Below are positions 29,817 to 40,544 of a DNA stretch of 64,000 bases, piece after piece (within the stretch, counting starts at the first letter, position 1; every line of letters begins with the position of its first letter). The stretch is from Terriglobia bacterium (GTDB lineage Bacteria; Acidobacteriota; Terriglobia; JAJPHL01; JAPKYU01): positions 800,001 to 864,000 of the forward strand of contig CBDBKE010000004.1 in assembly GCA_965206645.1 (NCBI GenBank). Reading direction: 5' to 3'. The translations under genes were made by a program, and so were the position numbers. Under the pieces are notes generated by a model. That model searched no databases. It had not been told where the DNA came from and worked only from the letters and a program-made list of their open reading frames with translations.

Positions 29817-30353
29817 TCAGGGCCCGGCCTGCTGGCTGTTTGACGCGGGCATGTAGTAGACGCGCTTCATGGGGTAGATGCGGCGCTTGCCCCTGGGATA
29901 GCCGCTTTCCAGCACGGGCACGGTGAGCGAAGTGGTCTGCAGGTCAGTTTCCGCGCTGACCACGATGCCGAAGGCGGGCCGCGTGGTGGTGGTCTGCAGT
30001 TTCCCTTTGCGTTGCAGCGCGCCTAGCTTTATGAACTCGCCCCCCGGGGTGAGTGCCCACACCACGTAGCCGCGATACTGGGCCCCGAGTTGGCTGGCGG
30101 GCGGCGCTTTCTCCAACTCCACCTTTACCTGGATGTCCCTCTTGCGGCGCTTGACTTCGGCTTTTCCTGAAATCCCCTCCAGCCGGCCAGTGGAGAAGAG
30201 GGTGAACTTGACGTCCAGATCATAAGGGAACTGCACGGCACGCACCATCCGCTTGCCGGGTACCAAGATCTCTTCTTCTTGAGCGCGCGGTGTCGGGGCT
30301 ACGAACGGTGCAAGCCACAGTATTGCGGCCGACAGAACTGCCAGCAGTCTCAT
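29817..30353 (-). CDS. Secreted hypothetical protein
   Basis: Signal peptide MRLLAVLSAAILWLAP; coding-like GC3 bias; YVVWALTP motif. Confidence 0.6.
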   Translation of the reverse strand: MRLLAVLSAAILWLAPFVAPTPRAQEEEILVPGKRMVRAVQFPYDLDVKFTLFSTGRLEGISGKAEVKRRKRDIQVKVELEKAPPASQLGAQYRGYVVWALTPGGEFIKLGALQRKGKLQTTTTRPAFGIVVSAETDLQTTSLTVPVLESGYPRGKRRIYPMKRVYYMPASNSQQAGP

Positions 30354-30461
30354 CTTACCAAGGTACCCTGCGGCAAGGCAGGTGCGCAAGACCCCGCCCG
30401 CGGCCAGCTTCCCCTGGAGAAGCCATTTGTCGGGGGGCAAAGGATGAGTGCTCTATCGAGC

Positions 30462-31049
30462 CTAGGCGCGCTCACGCTCGTAGGCGGTGATTTTGTCCTG
30501 GTGCTTGAGGATGTAGCCGAGTTGGTCCACGCCGGTCAGCAGGCATTGCCTGGAGAAGTTGTCTATGGGGAAGCTGATGGCCGAGCCGTCGGGCAGCGTC
30601 AAGGTTTCCGACGCCAAGTCAACGGTGACCTGAGCGCCAGGGTCCTTGGTGACGCGCGTCAGCAGCGCGGCGTGTGTCGCCGGATCCACCACGACCGGCA
30701 GCAGCCCGTTCTTCAGCGAATTGGCGCGGAAGATATCGCCGAACGAGGTGCTGATGACGGCGCGGAAGCCGAAGTCGAGTAGGGCCCAGGGCGCGTGTTC
30801 GCGCGAGCTGCCGCACCCGAAGTTGTGCCCGGCCAGCAACACCAGCGCGCCGGCTGCCTGCGGCTGGTTCAGGATGAAATCGGGCCGCGGCTTGCCTTCC
30901 TCGTCGTGTCGCCAGTCGCAGAACAGGTGCGCTCCCATGCCCGACTTGACAGTGCCCTTCAGAAAGCGCGCCGGGATGATCTGGTCGGTGTCCACATCAC
31001 GGATCGGCAGCGGGGCCAGGCGGCCGGTAAAGGTCGTGAACGGTTCCAT
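30462..31049 (-). CDS. leuD: 3-isopropylmalate dehydratase small subunit
   Basis: [28 protein letters not shown]. Confidence 0.97.
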   Translation of the reverse strand: MEPFTTFTGRLAPLPIRDVDTDQIIPARFLKGTVKSGMGAHLFCDWRHDEEGKPRPDFILNQPQAAGALVLLAGHNFGCGSSREHAPWALLDFGFRAVISTSFGDIFRANSLKNGLLPVVVDPATHAALLTRVTKDPGAQVTVDLASETLTLPDGSAISFPIDNFSRQCLLTGVDQLGYILKHQDKITAYERERA

Positions 31050-31076
31050 TCGTGCTAGTTCCCTGCCCTGGCCGAG

Positions 31077-32510
31077 CTAGTTTCCCGCTCTGGCGCCAGT
31101 CTCCAGCAGAGTGCGTGCGTCGGTAATCACACCGGTCAGCGCGCAGGCAGCGGCCGTCAGTGGGCTGGCCAGGAAGGTGCGGCCGCCCTTGCCCTGGCGG
31201 CCTTCAAAGTTACGGTTGCTGGTGCTGACGCAATATTGGCCGCGCTTCAGTTCGTCCCCGTTCATGGCGATGCACATGCTGCAGCCTGGCTCTCGCCATT
31301 CGCAGCCCGCCTGGCGGAACAGTTCGGCCAGCCCTTCGGCTTCGGCCTCCCTCTTGACCTGCTGCGAGCCAGGCACTACCAGTACCCGTAGGCGCGGGTT
31401 CACCTTGCGGCCCCGCAACAGGCGCGCGGCGGCGCGCAGGTCACTGATGCGGGAATTGGTGCAGCTGCCAATAAACACCACATCCAGCGGGTGGCCCAGC
31501 AGCGGGCGGCCAGGCGCAAGAGCCATGTAGCTGAGAGCTTTCTCCAGCGCCCCACGCTGCGCGGTGTCGGTGAGCGCGTTCGGCTCCGGCACTGGCGCGG
31601 TGACCGGCAAGGACATGCCCGGATTGGTTCCGTAGGTGATCATCGGCTCCAGCCGTTTCGCGTCCAAGCTCACCGAAGTGTCATAGCGAGCGCCGCCATC
31701 GGTAGGGAGCTTGCGCCAGGTTTCAACGGCAGCATCCCACGCTGCCGCTTGCGGGGCAAAAGGCCGACCGCACATGTACTGCAAAGTCGTGTCGTCCGGC
31801 GCGACCATGCCCGCGCGCGCTCCACCCTCGATGGACATGTTACATACGGTCATGCGCTCTTCCATGGACAGGGAGCGGATGGCGCTGCCGGTGTATTCGA
31901 GCACGTGCCCGGCGCCACCGCCCACTCCGATGCGCCCGATCACGGCCAGGATGATGTCCTTGGCGGTCACCCCGGGAGGCAGCGCTCCGTCCACCTGGAT
32001 TTCCATGGTGCGTGGCAGGCTCTGCAACAGGCACTGGGTCGCCAGCACGTGTTCCACTTCACTGGTGCCGATGCCGAAGGCCAGCGCGCCGAAGGCGCCA
32101 TGGGTGGAGGTGTGGCTGTCGCCGCACACTAGGGTGATGCCAGGCTGGGTCAGTCCCAGCTCCGGCCCAATGATGTGCACGATGCCCTGATGACGACTGT
32201 CCAGCCCGTAGTAGGTGATCCCGAACTCGCGGCAATTCTCCTCCAATTGGGCGATCTGCCGCGCCGCCATGGCGTCCACGATGGGCAGCGAGCGGTTGGT
32301 GGTAGGGACGCTGTGGTCCGCCGTGGCCACGGTTCGTGCTGGCTGCCTCACGCGCACGCCACGCTCCCGCAAGCCCTGGAAGGCCTGCGGTGAGGTAACC
32401 TCGTGGACCAGGTGCAGGTCAATGTAGAGCAGCGCCGGGCAGTCGGGCTCCTGGAAGACGACGTGACTCTTCCAAATCTTGTCAAACAGCGTCCGTGGTT
32501 GTGCCACCAT
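31077..32510 (-). CDS. leuC: 3-isopropylmalate dehydratase large subunit
   Basis: [46 protein letters not shown]. Confidence 0.97.
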   Translation of the reverse strand: MVAQPRTLFDKIWKSHVVFQEPDCPALLYIDLHLVHEVTSPQAFQGLRERGVRVRQPARTVATADHSVPTTNRSLPIVDAMAARQIAQLEENCREFGITYYGLDSRHQGIVHIIGPELGLTQPGITLVCGDSHTSTHGAFGALAFGIGTSEVEHVLATQCLLQSLPRTMEIQVDGALPPGVTAKDIILAVIGRIGVGGGAGHVLEYTGSAIRSLSMEERMTVCNMSIEGGARAGMVAPDDTTLQYMCGRPFAPQAAAWDAAVETWRKLPTDGGARYDTSVSLDAKRLEPMITYGTNPGMSLPVTAPVPEPNALTDTAQRGALEKALSYMALAPGRPLLGHPLDVVFIGSCTNSRISDLRAAARLLRGRKVNPRLRVLVVPGSQQVKREAEAEGLAELFRQAGCEWREPGCSMCIAMNGDELKRGQYCVSTSNRNFEGRQGKGGRTFLASPLTAAACALTGVITDARTLLETGARAGN

Positions 32511-32603
32511 CGTCAAGGGATTCGTCAAATCGGCCTGGGATTAGGACCTGCAACCAGACTGCATGTATGATCTCAACTCGCAAACCAAAATTCGCAATCC
32601 TCT

Positions 32604-32644
32604 TGGTGGGCCCGTTCGGATTCGAACCGGTGACCGGATTATAA
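32604..32644 (-). other. Degenerate duplicate of the tRNA-Ile2 3' half (distal att site)
   Basis: TGGTGGGCCCG-ttc-GGATTCGAACC-gGt-GACC---GGATTAT aligns with 42037-42080. Confidence 0.8.
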
Positions 32645-32955
32645 ATTCTTGCCCAGCCAAGTGCGACCACTAGCTATGACGATCTACTGGTCATACAACC
32701 AACAGGTTACCACGGCATCAAAGTTGCGAACAACACCTAGGGACTGTGGGTGGTGCGCTATAGGCGTACTACCGGACTATGTTCCCACCTTTAGGTAGAG
32801 TCGCCAATTAAGGGTTGGGCGACGCCGTTCCACTATTTGCTGAGAGATTTGACGCTCTGCCATCCTGTCCTGATCTCCCCCTATCGGGCGCGCGCCTTCT
32901 AGTGCAAAGGTACCAAGCAAAATGTAACTGCTAGCCTATTGGCTGCTTGAGGCTG

Positions 32956-34205
32956 TGACCTGACCGGCACTTTTTGTACCAAGTGGAAAGAGAGAGAATC
33001 CACTTGAGAAGGAAGTGAGGTCATGCCGACAAGGAGTTACAAGCCGGAGCAGATTGTAGCGGTGCTACGGCAGATAGAAGTGCAGATGGGAAACGGGAAG
33101 ACTGCGCCCCAAGCCTGCAAAGAAGCTGGAATCCACACCCAAACCTACTACCGGTGGCGGAAGGAATACGGCGGGCTGAAGGTGGTGCAGGCAAAACGGC
33201 TGAAGGAGTTGGAGAAGGAAAACACGCGGCTGAAGCGGTTGGTAGCGGAGCTTTCTCTGGAGAAGCAGGTGCTGCGGGATGTGGCACAGGGAAACTTCTG
33301 AGCCCTGAGCGGCGGCGTTGTGCGGTGGAGCGTGCGTGGGAGCAACACGGGTTGTCGGAACGGCATGCCTGCCGGCTGCTGGGGCAATGGCGAGGGACAC
33401 AACGATACGAGCCGATTCATCGGGTGGACGAGGATGCTCTGACCCGAGCGATCATTGCCCTGGGAGCGAACTACGGGCGATATGGCTACCGGAGGATCAC
33501 AGCGTTGCTGCGGAGTGCGGGCTGGGAAGTGGGCAAGGACCGGGTGCAGCGGATTTGGCGGCGGGAAGGGCTGAAAGTGCCGCAAAAACAAAGGCCGCGA
33601 GGACGGCTGTGGCTGAACGACGGTTCCTGTGTACGACTGAGGCCGGAGCGACCGAACCACGTGTGGAGCTACGACTTCATGAGTGCCAGAACGCACGAGG
33701 GGAGAACGCTGCGGCTGCTGACCTTGCTGGATGAGTACACGCGGGAATACCTGGCGATCCGGGTGGAGCGGAGGATGGGCAGCCAACAAATCATTGAGGC
33801 GTTGTCGGACGTGATGTTGTGGCGAGGGATACCGGAACAGATTCGATCCGACAATGGTCCCGAGTTCATCGCCAAACAACTGCGCCAGTGGTTGGCAAAT
33901 CTAGGGACCGGGACACTGTACATCGAACCGGGCAGTCCCTGGGAGAACGGGTACTGCGAGAGTTTCAATGGGAAGCTGCGGGACGAATGCCTGAATGGAG
34001 AGATCTTCTACTCGTTGAAGGAGGCACAGGTGGTGATTGAACAGTGGAGGGTGCAATACAACACGGTGCGGCCGCACTCGGCGCTCGGCTATAGGCCCCC
34101 GGCGCCGGGGGCCTATAGCCCTCCCCTGCCACTGAAACCAGTTTCACAGCCCCAGGCTGCGATGTGAACTCTCACTACGGTTGGTACAAGAAATCGGTCT
34201 GGTCA
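32956..34205 (+). mobile_element. Complete IS3-family (IS407-group-like) element, 1250 bp
   Basis: IRs TGACCTGACCG..TTGTACCA / TGGTACAA..CGGTCTGGTCA; 4-bp target duplication GCTG on both sides. Confidence 0.92.
33023..34167 (+). CDS. IS3 transposase OrfA (33023-33301) + OrfB, predicted -1 frameshift fusion
   Basis: HTH OrfA; GGGAAAC at 33289-33295; OrfB WSYDF, SDNGPEF, ESFNGKLRDE. Confidence 0.92.
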
Positions 34206-34472
34206 GCTGCTGCGTTCACATAGACGCTGTTATGCACCTGGCGAGGACCCAGGCCACGGCAGCGCTGTTCTGCTCGGTAGCAGCGGTCGAGCGGCGCTGC
34301 CGGGAACGCCCGCGGTACGGAAGAACCGCAGGAGCCTGCCGGATTTGAATTCGGAGTGGAAGTATGCGAGGCGGAAAATCTGTGGGATATTACGTTTCCA
34401 CGCTCTCCTTGTGATGTTCTATTAGCACCCACCTTCACCGAGGGGGCCCATCAAGGAGAAAGGAAAAGGGCA

Positions 34473-34922
34473 ATGAGTGACAACTCGGAGAAGTTAGACC
34501 GCAACATTGGGATGCCGGGAAGAATGGAACCCAGCTCAATTGGATTGATGGATTCACACGTGCCTATCCACTCGCGACGGCTGCCTGACAAGCCCAAACC
34601 TGACAGGCCCAAATATGGGGGGTCCGATCGGCGTCAGCGCTATCGACTCAGGAAGGACATTAAGATCCTGGTCAAGTTCAAGGAGGTCTACCAGTCCTCG
34701 CAAGTGGGAACTGTCAAGAACCTGACCCGCACCGGAATCTTTTTCGAGGCTTTCGGCGAATACCAACCGGGAATGACAACGGACGTTGTGTTTCCCTACG
34801 ACCCCGCAGAGCCATCGCTCGAACGGCCGCAGCAGGCGGAGGTGGTACGAGTCAAACAGATCCAAGGGTCGCTGAAAAAAGGCGTCGCAATTAAACTGCT
34901 GAGCGTTTTCCGGAAACCTTGA
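34473..34922 (+). CDS. PilZ domain protein
   Basis: DRRQRYR, NLTRTG, AEVVRV...GVAIK. Confidence 0.7.
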   Translation: MSDNSEKLDRNIGMPGRMEPSSIGLMDSHVPIHSRRLPDKPKPDRPKYGGSDRRQRYRLRKDIKILVKFKEVYQSSQVGTVKNLTRTGIFFEAFGEYQPGMTTDVVFPYDPAEPSLERPQQAEVVRVKQIQGSLKKGVAIKLLSVFRKP

Positions 34923-34996
34923 CCGTGGATTCCTAGGTATACGGCCATGATTCTCTACGCAGTTGGAGGTCGGAAATTCGGGTTAAAAGGTGGTGA

Positions 34997-35462
34997 GTGA
35001 TGATCTGTCGGACTGTAACTGCGCTCCTGTGTCTTTGCGCTGCCGCGCAGGCCGCGGCCCCGGTGGGGATACTTTCCATGGTATCAGGCAACGTGCAAAT
35101 CGTGAGAGCGGGGCAGAAGAGCCCAGTTCCAGCGCGGACCGCCGACTTGATTGCGGTCGGCGACCGCGTCCTGACCGGCAAGAGTTCTGAGGCTGCTTTC
35201 CTCTTCTGTCCCGAATCGCGCGCGGCCAAGGTGCTGGCCAATGCCGACGTCCAGTTCGAGGCGACTTCGGTGAAGGTACGCAAAGGCAAGCTCGGGAACG
35301 AGCGCAAGGTGCCTTCCTGCCGCCTGCCTGCCAATCTAACACTGGCTGGGGCCAGCCAGATGCAGTCCGCCATGATGCGTCTGCGGGCACCGATCTCGCT
35401 GCTGCGCTCTCCTTCGCGCACCAACATTGCCACCCTCCAGCCCCGGTTCCGCTGGGTTCCGG
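34997..35462 (+). pseudogene. Secreted FecR-like protein truncated by IS21
   Basis: Signal peptide, VSGNVQI...GDRVLTG..S.A; the frame runs into the IS21 end at 35463. Confidence 0.65.
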
Positions 35463-35652
35463 TGTCAAGGGCGGAGTAAAACTAGACCACTCCGGCGGAG
35501 AGAAAGCAGACCAGTTCAGGGGTGGTGGAAGCTTTGATTTGAGAGGGAGTTGCGGGGGCGGTTGGAGCGGAGGCCTGCGACGCCCGCAGGGCGGCGCGGT
35601 TAGGCCGGAGTGGAAGCCGCCCTCGCAACTCGTCGCCCAGTATTGGGTGAGA

Positions 35653-36417
35653 TCAGGCGCGAGGCTTTCCGGAACGCCTTCGTTTGCTGTCCTTGAGCCG
35701 GTAACTTTCCCCGTTCATCTCCAGGATGTGGACATGGTGGGTGAGACGATCCAGCAGGGCTCCGGTCAGCCGCTCCGATCCGAAGGCCTCCGTCCATTCG
35801 TTGAACGGCAGGTTGCTGGGCACCACGGTGGCGCTGCGTTCGTAGCGCCGGCTGAAGACCTCAAACAGCAACTCCGCCCCAGTCTTGGATAGCGGCACGA
35901 AACCCAGCTCGTCAATGATCAACAGCTCGAAACTGGAGAGCATCTTCTGGAACCGCATCAGGCGCCGCTCGTCCTTGGCCTCGATCAGCTCATGCGCCAG
36001 GGAGGCCGCCGTAGTGAACCGGACCCGGAACCCTTTCTGACAGGCGGCCAGTCCCAGCGCCAACGCAATGTGGGTTTTTCCCGTGCCCGAGTTCCCTAAA
36101 GCCAGGATGTTCTCCTTGCGTTCGATGAACTCGCCTCGGGCCAGCTCGAGCACCAAGGCCTTATTCAGCGACGGAAGGGCCAGGAAATCGAAACTGTCGA
36201 GGCTCTTCACCACGTCGAACCTGGCTTGGTGAATGCGCCGCTCGGTGGCGCGCCGTTCCCGGTCCAGCAGCTCCAGCTCCGTCAACCGCAGCAGGTAGCG
36301 CGGGAAGTCCACGCCCTCGGCAGCGCACTGCTGCGCCACCTTGTCGTACTCACGCAAAAAGGTGGGTAATTGCAGGGCCTTCAGATGGTGTTCCAGCAAC
36401 ACCTGGGGCGTGTCCAT
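35653..36417 (-). CDS. istB: IS21 helper ATPase
   Basis: GNSGTGKTH, IIDELGF, LLDRLTHH, GESYR. Confidence 0.95.
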   Translation of the reverse strand: MDTPQVLLEHHLKALQLPTFLREYDKVAQQCAAEGVDFPRYLLRLTELELLDRERRATERRIHQARFDVVKSLDSFDFLALPSLNKALVLELARGEFIERKENILALGNSGTGKTHIALALGLAACQKGFRVRFTTAASLAHELIEAKDERRLMRFQKMLSSFELLIIDELGFVPLSKTGAELLFEVFSRRYERSATVVPSNLPFNEWTEAFGSERLTGALLDRLTHHVHILEMNGESYRLKDSKRRRSGKPRA

Positions 36418-37916
36418 CAGCAGACTCCTTCCCGGAGCAGGGTCAGATAGTCGGCGGCGGCTGTGGTGGCCACCTGCGTCGCCGGCAGGTGCGGATAGTG
36501 CTCCAGGTCCAGCCGCGCCGGCCGCTGCTCGATCCGGCCCAGCAGCAGATGCTTGACCGCGTCAGACCAGATCGCCCCCAGCCGCAAGGCGTCCTCGACG
36601 GCCAGCGACACTTCCGTCCAACGGAACGTCTCCAGCCGTCGCAGGACCTGCACATACTCCCGCTTGCCCTTCTTGCCTAACCGCGCCTCCATCAGCCGCC
36701 GCAGTTGCGCGAAGCCTTCCGGCAACTCCCAGCCGGCCAGGGGGGCGGCCTGGTTCAACGCGTTCGGCTTCTGCTCCAGCAGCGCCAGATAGTGCAACGG
36801 ATCGAAGATCATCTCTTCCCGTTCCTAGCTCCGGACATGGCGTGCGATCACTTCGCTCGCTGCACAGATCACCACTTCCTCGACGAATCCCTTCACCAGC
36901 ACCTCCCGGTGCCCCCAAGCCACCGGCACCGAATAGTCGTTGGATCGATACCGCACCAGCGACAGTGACGTCACCCGTGTGGTCCGTTTGTCGCAGGCCT
37001 CATAGGGCGTCGCCGGCAGGGGCAGCAGCCTCTGTTGATCCTTCGCGAACCGCTCGCCGATCGTCTCTTGATGTCCTCGCAGACGCCGCTCTCGCCGCCG
37101 GGTGCACTGTTCCCGCAGCTTCGCGTGCAACTCCTCCCAGCTGGCACACCGCGGCACCGGCACCAGGAAGTTCCGCCGCACGTAACCCACTAGTCCTTCC
37201 ACTTTCCCTTTGTCATTGCCCTTGCCCGGTCGTCCGAACTTCTCCGCAAACAGGTAGTGACTCTGCAGTTCGGAGAACGCCCGCGTCTTGTTCCGTGTTC
37301 CGTCACCCAGGATCTGCCTCACCGCCAGCTTGGTGTTGTCGTACAGGATCGTGCGAGGCACTCCGCCGAAGTAGCCGAACGCCTGGTTGTGCCCTTCTAA
37401 GAACGCTTCGGTCGTCTCAGCCGGAAACGCCATCACGAAGCAGTCGTCCGATTGCGGCAGCTCCATCACGAAATAGTGCGCCTTGCGCTCCACCCCGCCG
37501 ATCACCACTTGCGCTTCGCCAAAGTCGGCCTGGGCCTCCCCCGGTGGATGCTCCAGCGGCACGAACATCTCCCGCTGGCTCAGCTTCCGCAGCCGCACGT
37601 AGTCCTTCACGATGGTGTAGCCGCCCGGGAATCCGTGCTCCTCCCGCAGCCGCTCAAAAACCCGCTTGGCCGTGTGGCGTTGCTTCTTGCTCTGGGCCTT
37701 ATCTTGCTCCAGGATCTGGTCGATGATCCCCACCCAGGCATCCAGCTTCGGCCGCCGCGCCGGCTGCTGCCGCCGATAGCCCGGAGGGATCGAGTACCGC
37801 AGCATCTTGCGGACCGTCTCGCGGGCTAGCCCGAACTGCCGCGCCGCCTCCCGTTCACTGATCCCCTCAGCCTGAACTGCTCGTCGAACACGCGCATAGA
37901 GTTCCACTGTGTGCAC
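36417..37916 (-). pseudogene. istA: IS21 transposase interrupted by in-frame TAG (36825-36827)
   Basis: QADFG, YDN, DKGKVE, YSVP; reads RHVRS*EREEMIFDPLHYL in one frame. Confidence 0.88.
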
Positions 37917-38049
37917 ACCTCCGGTGTTTCACGAAACACATCAGAATCACAATGTTTGATGGAATCGAACTGCGCTGGTCTAATTTTGCACCGCCAGAAA
38001 CCGCCGCTTACGCGGCGCTCCCTGGTCTATTATTGCTCCGGCGTTCATA

Positions 38050-38852
38050 ATCGCCAGGCATTCTCGCGTGTATTCATCGATCAGCGTCAATAACCGCAAC
38101 GTTTTCCCCTCATGCGTTCTGGCACTCACGAAGTCATAGCTCCAAACATGATTCGCTCGTTCCGGCCGCAGCCGCACACAGGAACCGTCATTCAGCCACA
38201 ATCGTCCCCGGAGTCTTTGCTTTTGCGGCACTTTCAGCCCCTCCCGCCGCCAGATCCGCTGCACCCGATCCTTGCCCACTGGCCAGCCTGCACCCCGCAG
38301 CAGTGCCGCGATCCTCCGGTAGCCGTAGCGCCTGTACTGCGTCGCCAGGGCAACGATCGCTCGGGTGAGGCCATCTTCGTCCAGCACAGGATTCGGCTCG
38401 TATCGTTGTGTCCCTCGCCATTGCCCCAGCAGCCGGCAGCCATGCCGTTCCGACAACCCGTGTTGCTCCCGCGCACGCTCTACCGCACAACGCCGCCGCT
38501 CAGGGCTTACAAGTTTCCCTGCGCCACATCCCGCAAAACCTGCTTCTCCAGGGAAAGCTCGGCCACCAACCGCTTGAGCCGAGAGTTCTCCTTCTCGAGT
38601 TCCTTCAGCCGCTTCGCTTGGTCTAGCTTCAGCCCGCCAAACTCCTTCCGCCAGCGATAGTAGGTCTGCACCGTGAGCTGAGCATCCCGGCAGGCTTGCG
38701 GCGTGGTCTTCCCGTTGGCAGTCTCCACTTCGATCTGCCGGAGGAGGTTTACAACCTGCTCCGGCTTATACCTCTTCGTCGACATGATCGCGGCTCCTTC
38801 TCAGGTGAATTCTCTCTCATTTCACCTGGTACAAAAAACCCCGGTCACGTCA
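38050..38852 (-). mobile_element. Truncated IS3-family element (OrfA 38507-38785 intact, OrfB cut by IS21)
   Basis: Left IR TGACGTGACCGGGGTTTTTTGTACCA; related but not identical to 32956-34205; OrfB stops after DEYTRECLAI. Confidence 0.9.
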
Positions 38853-38970
38853 ATGTTCTGCTCCAATGTTCGTGTGGTTCTTGGTTGCGTCCATCACCCG
38901 ACGCAGAATCGTGATGGTGAGCCAACAAGGCAGCTTCCACCTGTTCCCAGGCGTTGGGCTTGACGCTCAT
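38853..38970 (-). pseudogene. 5' stub of an element gene cut by the IS3 insertion
   Basis: ATG overlaps the upstream stop (ATGA); MSVKPNAWEQVEAALL... runs into the IS end. Confidence 0.45.
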
Positions 38971-39362
38971 TTTTGGACCCGTTTCCACTTGTAGTCCGAT
39001 TGAGACCAAATCCTGATAAGGAGGGTCTGGGTGGGATACCACTCTGAGCAGGGGGATATGTGGTAGTCCAGCTTATTGGCTGAGCAGAGATCAGCCAACT
39101 CCCGGATGTCGTCAGACTCTAGTCCGTAGGGCTCGAGGGTAAGGCTGTCCTGCCACCTGCCCGGGTGATCAAACCACGGGCGGTCAAAAGGGACCTCAGC
39201 GTTCTTGGTATTGAGAAGCCGACGGAACCAGTCAGGTTTACGGCCATACTGAATGTCCTCTGGCATCACAAGGTGCCGGGTCCCATGTTTCGACTTAACC
39301 TCGCCGATTAACTTGAGCCCGCCCGATTGTGTAGCGGGTTTGTCTTGGTTTAGAGTAGACAT
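38967..39362 (-). CDS. Hypothetical protein of the integrative element
   Basis: GGAGG RBS, 131 aa, WFDH...EPY...SEWYP. Confidence 0.6.
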   Translation of the reverse strand: MSTLNQDKPATQSGGLKLIGEVKSKHGTRHLVMPEDIQYGRKPDWFRRLLNTKNAEVPFDRPWFDHPGRWQDSLTLEPYGLESDDIRELADLCSANKLDYHISPCSEWYPTQTLLIRIWSQSDYKWKRVQK

Positions 39363-39504
39363 AAGAAAACCTCCTCCCATTGAGTTGTGCCCGCTGAGTG
39401 AGGTCAGCGAGTTTTTCGTTACGGCGCTCAGCTACCCGCCAAGCGCGGGATCCGATTCGGGCGGGAGCAGAACAATTTCTCCTCCCCTAGGTGCTTTTTC
39501 CTCG

Positions 39505-39702
39505 TCACCGTAGCTTCCTGACCGGACGAAGGCCGGACTCGACAAGCCTCTGGACTTCGGCGGCTGGGATTCGGACCAAGCGGCCCAGTTTTACGGATGT
39601 GATTTTTCGCTCCAGCAACCACCGCCGAACCCCCGGCTCCTTCATGCCCAGCGTCTCAGCGAATTCCTTGACCGTGAGCAGTCGTTCTCGAAGCTCCTTC
39701 AT
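39505..39702 (-). CDS. Excisionase-like helix-turn-helix protein
   Basis: LLTVKEFAETLG...VRRW...KLGRLVRIP; GGAGG RBS. Confidence 0.85.
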   Translation of the reverse strand: MKELRERLLTVKEFAETLGMKEPGVRRWLLERKITSVKLGRLVRIPAAEVQRLVESGLRPVRKLR

Positions 39703-39816
39703 GCTTTTTCCTCCGCACGACTAATGATTCACGAGCGGCTCGTACCAGTCAAAAAAGGAAGAAACTGGAGCAATTCTTCCCGGAGGAGTAAATGGGCTGA
39801 TTTTTTCCGGGGGGGG

Positions 39817-40383
39817 CTATTCCAAGCTGTGCTTCCTGAGAAGCAGCTTGAGGTGGCGGACTTGCCTCTGTATCCGGCCGGAGCACTTCTCTTCGTGCTG
39901 GGCAGCGCCGCAGTCGCAGTACTTCTGAGCTAGCCTCATCCAACTCCACTTTTGGGGGTTGGTGAGGTGCAATTCATAGCAATGAACGGCGACAAGGCGC
40001 TTCGTGATCGGGCGTCCCCGAGGTCTGTTTTGAGACTTTTTGGCCAAGTCCAGGGCTTCGGAGGCGGACCAGCCCGCTTGGGCTGCGCGATTGGCGATTT
40101 CGATTGTTTCCAAGTCAGGCCGCGGCTTAGCGGGTGGGCAAAACCAGCTAGCCAGTTCAGCGAGTTCCTTTGCCAATCGGTAGACTTCCGGTGCAAGAGT
40201 AACTCCCTCTTCTCCTGTTTTACTCTTCGCCTTCTCAACCAATTGGCGGAGTTGCTCGAACGTCTGGCAGTAGCCTACCTGAAGAGCAGAGTGCACGGGC
40301 TGCCCGGGCAACGGAGGAAACAAAGGGAGAAGCCCTTTCGCCCGTTTCGCTGAGGCCCGAGCCCGCGGCCCCTTTTTCGACAT
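39817..40383 (-). CDS. Hypothetical DNA-binding protein (RPRGRP motif, Cys/His cluster)
   Basis: GGAGG RBS before ATG; basic; CDC-x4-H-x3-C near the C-terminus. Confidence 0.6.
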   Translation of the reverse strand: MSKKGPRARASAKRAKGLLPLFPPLPGQPVHSALQVGYCQTFEQLRQLVEKAKSKTGEEGVTLAPEVYRLAKELAELASWFCPPAKPRPDLETIEIANRAAQAGWSASEALDLAKKSQNRPRGRPITKRLVAVHCYELHLTNPQKWSWMRLAQKYCDCGAAQHEEKCSGRIQRQVRHLKLLLRKHSLE

Positions 40384-40485
40384 CGCCACCTCCCACGTGG
40401 CCCCCAGTTTTGATTGGGGCGCGGCAGGCTGGCCGGGAGCGCCAACTTTTCGGGAGCGACCCTATCCGCGCTTTGTTCAGCCCTC

Positions 40486-40538
40486 ATTCTAGCAGCTGAG
40501 CACGGAGGTTGACAAGCAAACTTAACGTTAAGTAAAAT
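40486..40538. promoter_or_regulatory. Back-to-back sigma70-like promoters with overlapping -35 boxes and a 14-bp palindrome
   Basis: +: TTGACA(40509)-N18-TAAAAT(40533). -: TTGTCA(40515)-N18-TAGAAT(40491). ACTTAACGTTAAGT at 40520-40533. Confidence 0.7.
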
Positions 40539-40544
40539 CCTGAG

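Larger units (their letters stand above)
35463..38049 (-). mobile_element. IS21-family element, copy 1 (2587 bp, no target duplication)
   Basis: Ends TGTCAAGGGCGGAGTAAAACTAGACCA / TATGAACGCCGGAGCAATAATAGACCA; istA-istB; flanks TTCCGG vs ATCGCC differ. Confidence 0.93.

Noticed and set aside
32604-32685. Functional tRNA gene
   Set aside because: Only the 3' half matches; there is no complementary 5' acceptor strand and the T-stem is mismatched, so it is treated as an att remnant
36825-36827. Genome-wide TAG recoding (pyrrolysine or Gln/Tyr)
   Set aside because: Conserved genes such as ribA, nuoD, leuC and thiS end at TAG at their expected lengths
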